Shown here one piece after another: positions 54,547-64,000 of a stretch of DNA of 64,000 bases. Numbering within the stretch: the first letter of the stretch is position 1; each line of letters opens with the position of its first letter. The stretch comes from Octopus sinensis (Eukaryota). The notes under the pieces are model-generated. The model was not told the origin of the DNA, made no database searches, and was given only the letters and a program-made list of their open reading frames with translations. The translations under genes and the position numbers were made by a program. Where the stretch lies: the NCBI RefSeq assembly GCF_006345805.1, contig NC_043001.1:8990001-9054000 (forward strand), written 5' to 3'.

Positions 54547-55969
54547 TATAGGTATATAGTCCATTATTTGTATTATAGTGCATTGTTGTATCATTTAAAA
54601 GTTTTTATTATTTACTCTAGATAACCTTTCTTCAGCCTCCAGAAATTGTCACCCAAGCTACCTTTTCTTACGCACTTAGATCTGCAGGCATTTAAATTGT
54701 CAATCAACTTAATCAATGTCACCGTGTGGTAGGGTTTGCTGCAGTTTATGGACTACGTTTCTCTGAATACCTCACTAAACAAACGGGATTTCTTTATCCC
54801 GGTTAGTTTTATACTCTCAATTCCAAAGCTTGACCTATTGTACGTCTGCTTGTTTGTTATCGAAGAATCGGTGAGACTCTTTTATTCTGCTATCACATTC
54901 TGTATCGTAAGATATAACCCAGCTGTTTATCACTTTCGATTATTCATACAAATTAGCTTACGTCTATACACACTTTCTAAGAAATGACAATTTTTACCAA
55001 CTTTTACCAGCAGACTGATTCCTATAAGAAAGTTCTGCAACATCAGACCATAAATTCTGTAACCAAATAAAGGCGATAGTAAGAGGAAAATACATTTTAT
55101 CTACTAATTGAAAAACAACAACTTTTCCCGCGATGAGCAAATATATATTTTTCAATTAAGATCTATCAATATGTTAGATGCTAAGAAACTTCAAAATCCT
55201 GATTTTAGTGGAAATTTATATCGATTCTTGTAAGTTCTACGACGTCTTCAATAAGTGTTCCAAAGGCATAAGGAAATTTATATATCAACACGAATTTGTT
55301 TCAAAACTACTTTTGTTAGTTTGTTTTTGTTTTTGTGTTGGTTTCGTTTTGTGTTTGCTCCATAAGTCATCCACTCACTACTAAGCTGTCATTTGTATCA
55401 GTAACATACAGTTTTTGCTCATGATTAAAGCTCTGATGTTTTGTATTTTTTATGTACATTTTTACTTGTATGCCCAGCAGTAAAAATACATAGAAGCAAA
55501 AAAAAAATTCTATATCAAATAAGTCCGTTAAGAACTCTATATACACAAACGACAAAAGCTCACAATAGACGTAATGGATAGCAGCAATAGGTTTTGGGAA
55601 ATCCAATACAGGAAACATAGTCCATAAGAGGAAATAGATCAGAGAAAGAAAATTTGATAAAAGATTAATAGAAGACAGAGAGGAGACATAGAATGCCAGA
55701 AATATAGACACTCTAAATAAAGAGAAACAACAGAAGATAAGAGAGAAATGAAGAAACTAATGTAGTAGAATTTGCGCTACATAGTGCATCAAAGAGAAGA
55801 TGACAGAATAATAAATCTGAACGCTGGAATATGGGCATTGGATACTGTATCATGACATATGGCCAGATGCCCAGCGCCATGCTTTCTCCAATCGTGCAGT
55901 AAAGTATCAAATGCTGTTTTCTTTATCTCTTATTTTATATGTACATATATATCTATCTATATATATATA

Positions 55970-56000
<31 letters not shown>

Positions 56001-56071
56001 ATATATATATATATATATGTATATTTATATATGTATATATATATATATATATATATTACATACACACACAC

Positions 56072-56138
<67 letters not shown>

Positions 56139-56163
56139 CATATATATACATGTGTGTATGTAA

Positions 56164-56282
<119 letters not shown>

Positions 56283-57500
56283 TCATTGGTATTTCGGTTT
56301 GCACATTTTTTTGTTTGTTTGCGGGAAAAACTATCTATTGGGAAAGAAAATGCCTATAACGTTAGAACAGATTTTGAAGTTGCTTTCGCTTTTGATAATC
56401 AATGTTGCAATATTCACCGGTTTTTGCTATGAACAAAGCATCACTTCTTCACTAAATTTATGCAACCAACATCTTCGAAACTAGAGATCTTCAAAAAGCC
56501 ATTTCTTGTATTTCTCTTGGGATCAATAAATCTGTCTCTGTATTTGTGTGTTATTGTTTCTTATTCTGTTTGTTGTTTGTTTTTTCCTCTCTGTATTTTT
56601 TTTTCAAATCTGAAGCATTCATTTCTTCAATACAGAAAACCTAGAACATATTATTTACTCTTGCAGCACAGAATAAATTGATATGCCTTAATTGTCACCA
56701 GAGGTTCTGGGTTTCTTGACAGATGGTATGCCTAGATGCTATATGGAAATATCGATGCTCCAAATATTTGTACCATGGCAACTTACACGAAGCATGTTTG
56801 AAATAATAGCTTTTAGGTGACTCGCTTTCATAATTTACTTTTGCATGAGACTGACTCCTCGGAGCACAGCTAGGCTTTTTTGGATTTTTTTCTTCATATA
56901 GAAAATAGTTATGGAATGAAAGGAACAAAAGCAAATCGCCTGCTATATGCTGATTGTATCAAAATATATAGCAAAGTAAAGATCCAGTACGATATGTATT
57001 TCAGAATGTGAAACCTCCAACATAGATATAGCCATTGATAAAATAGAACTGAGAAATAGCAAAGTCTATGAACACCGCTAATCTGGCTGCGGAATACGTT
57101 TGACAAACAAAATATGCATATGCTAGGATGTCATATAAGTAATATACGGAGCTGAGAGACTTCTACAAACTAAGATTTATCCAAGCACACACAGATATCC
57201 GCATACATACGATATATATTTATTGAGAGAAATTATAAAATCTCTCACCTGACGTGCTTAAAATCAAAATATCCGAAGGAAATAACGCTATTAAAGTAGT
57301 TGAGGGAAAAGCTTTTGAGAATATATGCACAAAGAGACACTGGAGTTGTTCAGAGTGTTTCGGGGCATACTTTCCTTCTCGCAGAAACAATTAGAGTTCT
57401 AGTACATACAACAACTCCATTTTGGTTCAGAATTATGAGAAATTTATAGAACCTGACAACAAATCACCTAATGAAATCGCTCATTAAAGAGATATGATCT

Positions 57501-57535
<35 letters not shown>

Positions 57536-57544
57536 CATTACGTT

Positions 57545-57786
57545 ATATAATTAGGGTTCAGTAAAATAATTTACTTTACCACACACCGAACTTTTAGAAA
57601 TAGCAGCCAAAAGATCTTAGCTATTTCTTCTACTATAAGAAAAATCTCCCAGACAATGCATACTCAAAAATAACTCACACAGGTATAGAGGGAAAAATAA
57701 CGAAAGATCACACGTACATAAGATTACTTGAGAACGGCCGTTTCAGGATTAGTTTAATATAAAGATCAACATTTCCTTCGTCAGCT

Positions 57787-57792
<6 letters not shown>
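57545..57792 (-). mobile_element. PLE-type terminal repeat embedded in TA microsatellite
   Basis: Carries the HHR at 57728-57789; TA tracts on both sides. Confidence 0.65.
57728..57789 (-). ncRNA. Minimal type I hammerhead ribozyme, intact core, palindromic stem III
   Basis: ttgag-CTGACGA-agga...tcct-GAAA-cggccg-TT-ctcaa. Confidence 0.85.
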
Positions 57793-57829
<37 letters not shown>

Positions 57830-57949
57830 CAAGTATCCAGCCTTGATTTTTACGTGCAAAATAATAATGCGAGAGAGAAATCCGCATTAGATTTAGGTGG
57901 CCGCGTCCTTCCTGAGCATGCGTAAAAATGTCTCTCGCTCAAATTAGTG

Positions 57950-58620
57950 AAGTCAACACTCTCCCTGTGGTTGTAAAAGTTCACAGGAAACCAGCTGGAT
58001 CTACCTCATGCAATGTCAGCGTTTCCCGTGATGTGATGAACCTGTTGCGCTTTTTATCAGGTGTCAGAAAATGCGGCAATCACCAAGCAGATCGCTTTGT
58101 CATGCCAAATTCATTTGGCAGAATATTCTCAATTCTCCCACAAGATATGCTAATAGCAGTGGCTGTTTCATTTATAGTCATACGTCTGTTATCAAGCATC
58201 ACAAGGTGACCAGAATTAATGTTTTCCACGATATTGACATTGCAGGACGTCCAAACGTCTAGTCATCTTCAAAACATTCCTTTCCATGTCCTTCCTAATT
58301 TCATTTGCCCACCTTTACTCACCTGTCGAGTGAAGCTGGAGTGTCATCTCCTAATGCAACAATTGTGTCAGCATGAATGTTCTTGAGGCTAAACCTTTTA
58401 TACTATAGTCACGTGATAACAGCGTTTTGCAAAATTTTGTCAGTTTACAAGTCGCTACTAGTTAATTTTGAAACTTTCTTTCAACAGTCAAATGCCTGTT
58501 AACTTGGAATGAAAAAATTCGGTTATTAATAAGAAGAATTTGAGTTGAATGCATGCTCGATGCCACAGATCTAGTGTCACTCCTTCAGATGGTCTTCGAT
58601 ATTTTCAACCCACCCTTGTA
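57950..58620 (-). mobile_element. Mariner transposon 5' part (degraded)
   Basis: - strand GRP...ENI...DNRRMTINETATAISIS.GRIENIL..EFGMTKRSAW*LPHFLTPDKK (WVPHEL region); TIR-like tacaagggtgggttgaaaa ending at 58620. Confidence 0.85.
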
Positions 58621-58683
58621 CATAGTTATGTACAATACTTTACCATGCAATGCCATATAATGCCATACGGTGGGTACGTCTGC

Positions 58684-58724
<41 letters not shown>

Positions 58725-58862
58725 TATCTCTCTCTCTCTCTGTAAGAGTTATTGTTTCCATTATTTCTTGGGTAATCTCATTGCAATTCTATATTTAAGA
58801 GCTGAGGAATTATGTACATTATTTACATTTGACGGATATTTGTCCTCATCTTGTTTGTTGTT

Positions 58863-58907
58863 AACACAACATTTCGGCTGATATACCTCCAGCCTTCATC
58901 AGGTGTC
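58863..58907 (-). ncRNA. Minimal hammerhead ribozyme motif
   Basis: gacac-CTGATGA-aggctg(gaggtatat)cagcc-GAAA-tgtt-gtgtt. Confidence 0.8.
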
Positions 58908-58971
58908 TTGGGGCAATTTTGAACCTTGGTTCTGAATCCTAAAGTATTTTTCGATGTTGTTGTTGTTGTTG

Positions 58972-59038
<67 letters not shown>

Positions 59039-59204
59039 ATCACTGCTTGACTAAGAATGCGGGGCTACTAACCGAAAAATTCCAAGTTCGATTCCAGGCA
59101 ATGACCTGAATAATTGTAATGATAATAATATTAACAACAGCAACAACAACAACAACAACAAAAAATACATAAAGATTAAGAACCCTGGTTCCAAATTTCC
59201 CCAA

Positions 59205-59250
59205 GACACCTGATGAATGCTGAAGGGCATATCAGCCGAAACGTAGTGTT
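59205..59250 (+). ncRNA. Minimal hammerhead ribozyme motif
   Basis: gacac-CTGATGA-atgctg(aagggcatat)cagcc-GAAA-cgta-gtgtt; ACGT palindrome in stem III. Confidence 0.82.
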
Positions 59251-60042
59251 AACAACAAACTAGATGAGGACAAACATCCGTCCGTCAAATGTAAATGATG
59301 TAAGTAATATAAAATAAAATTGTCCATGAATATATTAATTTCCGTTGTGTAAGCACATCCCGGACAATACGAGAGAAACGTGTTTCTGATATAACTTTGC
59401 ATCCATACACTAGAAAATATTCCCCAGAATGTAGGCTTTGAATATAGACTTAATATGCGCATATATAGCGACGGAATTCTGATATCAAACACATATATCT
59501 AATAGGTATAATAACATCAAGTACTCGCATCAGACGTGTACTAATAAAATAATAGTACGCATGAATATAATGTAATAACGGAGAGATACTAATACGATAT
59601 GTCAAACTTGTGAGCGTAAATCCAAAGGAAAAGCGGAGAACACACAGTAAACCAAATGGGTAATAAATAACTCGGAATTCCGCTTTTCAGTGATTCGATG
59701 AATGTGATTACGAAGATGATCAGAGACATCAATTATTCAAGTAATCAGGTAATCAGCAAAAAACTTGAAAGTAAGCAAGAGAAATTATTGTGTACAAAAC
59801 TGATTATCTTATGGAAAAGCTAGAATAAGTATGTGTTTGTGTGTGTGTGCGTGAGTGTGTTTGTCTGCGTGTGTGTAAGTGTGCGTGTATGTATATATGT
59901 TTATACACACACACACAGATATACATATATATACATGCATTTCATTACATATACATATATATGTGTGTGTGTGTGTATGTGTGTGAGCATGTGTGTTCAT
60001 GTGCGTGTATGTATATATGTTTATACAGACATACATATACAG

Positions 60043-60120
<78 letters not shown>

Positions 60121-60159
60121 AAATACATATATATATATATATATATACACACACATATA

Positions 60160-60192
<33 letters not shown>

Positions 60193-61686
60193 TTCATTAC
60201 AAATGCATAAATATATATGTGTGTGAGTGAGAGCGTGTGTGTGTTCATGTGCGTGTACGTATGCGCTTATACACACACAGACCATACATATGTGTGTGTG
60301 TGAGTGTGCCTATATCCTTCCTCACATACTACATATATACATACATGTATACGCACACATGTACATACATGCATGTATATGCATACATATGTATGTAGTA
60401 CATGAGCAGGCATATAGTTAAACACACACACGCGTATCTACGTATATTTCCAGTATATGTTTGTGCGCCTAAGTATGTCTGTACACAAATACATAAATAT
60501 GTATCTTCCAATTCCGTCTCTGGAACAGAGGTTAAAGAGAACAAGAGCCAGAGAAGATCAATATCTTGTAGAGAATATATATATGTGTGTGTGTATATCT
60601 GTGCGTGTGTGCGCGCTCTCGTATATATGCATCCACGCGCATACGTACAAATATATTCCCATGCGTGCATGAATATATACGTGTGTGCATATATAATGCT
60701 TGTGCGTATTTTCTTTTGCCTGTGTCAATATGTATATAGTTATCTCAATATACATTCTGTATGGTTGGTTTCTATTTTCCTTTGTAGCATAAAACATATT
60801 CCATTGTTTAAACAATGTGAATTGCTTTCTTACTAACGTAGGACATTATTAGTCTCTCCATTTCTACTCCTTTATTAATGTATATATATACGTATACACA
60901 CATTAGGAAAATAGGAATTCATACGAAGAGCTGACGCTATTAAAAATACCTATGTTAGAACAAATAGATTGAATATTTCAAATGAAAATAGAGTTTCGAG
61001 AAATTCTAAGCGGACTCAATACAACAAATTTACAATTAAGCTGTCACGCTTTCCAAGTAAATATATGTTTTAATCTGTTATTACATTGCGAACATTATCA
61101 CAAATGTGTTGCAATCATAATATCAACATAGTATTCATATACTACATTAACAAAATCTGTGAATGTAATAATATACAAGCAGCGGCGAGAGGAAATATGT
61201 AACAGATTTATGTTACAGCTCTTATAATGACTTGCTGTTAATTCACATGAAAATGTGTTTCTGGTTAATGATAACTTTAAGCATATTGCCGAATCACACC
61301 TCAAATGTGGACGGCGTTATACTTAGTGTTTGTTTGATATTATGCATTGTCTGGTATAATAGCTACATACTCGTGATTCTATTAGTGTGAAAGCAAACCT
61401 GTTACCAGTTCAAATATGCTTGGCGCATATTCGAACCCGCGAGAAAGACGTTCACTGTATTTTGTCATAAATATACCGAGTCAGCTTAATGCTGCGTCTG
61501 AACAGAGTGTGGGGTGCATACATTTCGGAGTGGTTATTTCCTCTTCAGCAACAAGCACTAGTAACTGTGGCTCTGCGAACAGACAGACCAGACATTACTT
61601 TGGTTATTATTTCAGTGTGCGTGTGTATGTGCATGTGTGTGTCTATGTGTGTGTGTATGTGTGTGTGTGTGGCAAAACGCTGTATA

Positions 61687-61919
61687 TATTTCTTTATTAC
61701 CCACAAGGGGCTAAACATAGAAGGGACAATGAAGGACAGACAAAGGTATTATGTCGATTACATCGATCCTAGTGCGTAACTGGTACTTAATTTATCGACC
61801 CCGAAAGAAAGAAAGGCAAAGTCGACCTCCGCGAAATTTTAACTCAGAACGTAACGGCAGACGAAATACCGCTAAGCATCTCGCCCGGCGTGCTAACGTC
61901 TCTGCCAGCTCGCCGCCTT
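61687..61919 (-). mobile_element. SINE group B, full length
   Basis: 17-bp TSD tggcaaaacgctgtata at 61670-61686 and 61920-61936. Confidence 0.94.
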
Positions 61920-62699
61920 TGGCAAAACGCTGTATAGCAGAACGTGTAGTGTGCGAAACAGAAATGTCTTCAATTTATTTGTATTGACATGATTTCTTCT
62001 GTAAGGCAGCAGCGAGCTGGCAGTAAAGTTAGCATATACTGGACAAGATGCTTAGCAGAATTTCGAGCGCCTTTACGTTCTGATTTCAAATTCCTTTCGG
62101 GGTTGACGAACTAAGTAACAATCAAGCGCCAGGGCCGGTTTAATCGATTCGTGCTTTCCACCCACACCCACATTTCAATGCTTGTGCCTATAGTAGAAAG
62201 GATTGTTATGTTTTTGTCTGAGATTAGTCGAGAGCGATGCTCATAGTCTTCACAAGCATTCCGAGACTGGCCAAATACCCATAGTTAATGTTCCTAAGGA
62301 AAAGTTGGAAATCGAAGGCTATATGTTTCAAAAACAGTGTGTTAGAGTAATTCCGAGTCGACAAGAACTGGGTGTAATATTTGGGAAGGTGGAACCCAAA
62401 TAATTAAAGACGTGTGAATCAAGGATGATTTAGTAGAGGTGATAAGAAACCAGACACTTAGGAGTGAAACAGTCAAATTATTTACGATAGAAAAGATGGG
62501 AGACGGCACTGCAGTAAACCAGAGCCCGTATGGACAGGAGAATCTTAATACAAATCATTTAGATGGCTTCTCTTTGGTTGAGGCCTACAAAAGTATCAAC
62601 ATCGCTGTTTCTTGCATTGTTGGTGTCCCTGACTGCGTAGAAAGACCGGACTGTAGTACCTGATGAAGTGGCTTTTGTATTTCTCTGTTCAACGGTATT

Positions 62700-63130
62700 T
62701 TTGTTGTTGTTTCAGCCATTTGATTGCGGCCATGCATCACCTTGAATGCTATTTATTCGAATGGAGCGAATCTAGTACTAAACTTTTAAAAGCCTTTTAA
62801 TTATTCCATCGGTTTCTTTTGCCGAACCGCTTGATGTAGGGGTCGTAAACAAACGAACAGTAATTATCAGGCGACCGTGGAGAACAAAGGCAAGAAGACA
62901 CACAGAAAGGCAAACAAATACACACATACACACGCACAAACAGCACACACACGCATACACACAACACATATAAGTGTGTGTGTGTGTGTGTGTGTGTGCG
63001 TGTGTGTGCGTGCGTGCATATGTATTCGACGGGAATCTTTCATTTTCTGCCTACGAAAGCCACTCACGTGAGTTTGGTCGGCCTGAGGAGATAGTAGAAG
63101 ATACTCGGCTAAGGGGCCACATCTGCGCCT
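62700..63130 (-). mobile_element. Diverged SINE group A
   Basis: tttcagccatttgattgcggccatgc...gccgaaccgct...cactcac...ttggtcggcctgagg...tagtagaaga. Confidence 0.75.
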
Positions 63131-63689
63131 CTATGAAATAATATCAAATAGTGTAGCTTTTCTATTTCCTCTCTAAACTCGAAATGACCCTAAACGAGCC
63201 CCATGGGGGACATCCACACCAAAAACTTAAACGAATGAATGATTGGCATCAAATTCCATAAACACTGCGGTTCCACGAATGTTTTAGATAGAAATCTAAG
63301 ATGGCAATAAAATAATTGATGAAAATATTTAAATGAAATGCAATTAAGTAATGATTGAACTGTTATAAACTGATGACAATAAAACATTTAAATGAGTTGA
63401 TAATAAAAGAACAAATGAAGCGAAATAGTAATAATGGTTGTGATAAAAAACCTGATAAAAAAAAAATTCGAATAAAGAGAATCACTAACGCGAGATATTT
63501 GTTCGCTCTGAATTATTAAAGATCATAGTCATATTCTGTAGGAAAACGGTCGAGTGAGTGAGAGAGAAAGGCAGAGAGGAAGAAGGGGAGGGAGAGAGGA
63601 AGAGGGAGACGGAGATGGTAGGGTGAGTGTGATGTCTTCCGCAGTTCGCTATTCGAGGAGAGAAAGCTATTTTTTTGCTTGGAACTAGC

Positions 63690-63890
63690 ATGTTTCTGAG
63701 AGTCCCTGTAATTCAAAGGGCCAGCCTTGTCACATGGTTCCGTTTCACGTTGAATCCCACCGAGAACTATAGTTAAGGTACATGTGTCTGCGGAGTACTC
63801 GGCTACTTCCACGTTGATTTTGCGGGCAGGTTCTTTCCATTGACGGTTCAACTGGAACCATTTCCGTCGTAACCGACGGAGAACCAGTTG
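63690..63890 (+). mobile_element. Diverged SINE tail of the type seen at 46995-47080
   Basis: cctgtaattcaaagggccagccttgtcaca...gttaaggtacatgtgtctg matches the reverse complement of 46995-47082. Confidence 0.7.
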
Positions 63891-64000
63891 CGTTTCTGCG
63901 ATGTCCTGGTAGCTCCGATATATTTCACTAAATTTTACAGATTGAGTTCTCGTGTAATATTTCTGGAGGGGTGCGACCAGGCTAAATGTTCTTGTGTAAA

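Larger units (their letters stand above)
58786..59310. mobile_element. Inverted pair of a non-coding element: tRNA-like head, (AAT/AAC)n, Penelope-type HHR tail
   Basis: Left arm (-) 58786-59048 and right arm (+) about 59051-59310. Both tails match 33341-33515. B box gttcgattcc at 59086-59095. Confidence 0.8.

Noticed and set aside
54600-55900. Faint LINE-like peptide fragments
   Set aside because: No diagnostic motif could be read with confidence.
62203-62663. Two adjacent non-repetitive + strand ORFs (66 and 74 aa)
   Set aside because: No recognisable domain or convincing splice signals; possibly a decayed element.

Overview
AT-rich eukaryotic DNA packed with (TA)n, (TG)n, (GATA)n, (CATA)n and (AAT)n microsatellites. 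From recall of its SINE families it most resembles an octopus (coleoid cephalopod) genome. I find no convincing host gene exon, so the window reads as intronic or intergenic, and most listed ORFs are microsatellite translations. It contains many copies of four modular tRNA-derived SINE groups (labelled A-D here), fragments of RTE, CR1/L2-like, R4/Dong and L1/Tx1-like LINEs, three Penelope-like (PLE) coding remnants, four Tc1/mariner remnants, a mariner-type MITE and a non-autonomous Helitron. The most notable signal is a dozen or more hammerhead ribozyme (HHR) or HHR-like motifs from several PLE-type families. One HHR module follows a Penelope GIY-YIG ORF at 33.4 kb and recurs at 58.8-59.3 kb fused to a tRNA-like head, a candidate Penelope-mobilised, ribozyme-bearing SINE. 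Two further candidate LINE-SINE partner pairs share 3' tails within the window. All calls are by eye; no database search or RNA folding was run, and boundaries are approximate.
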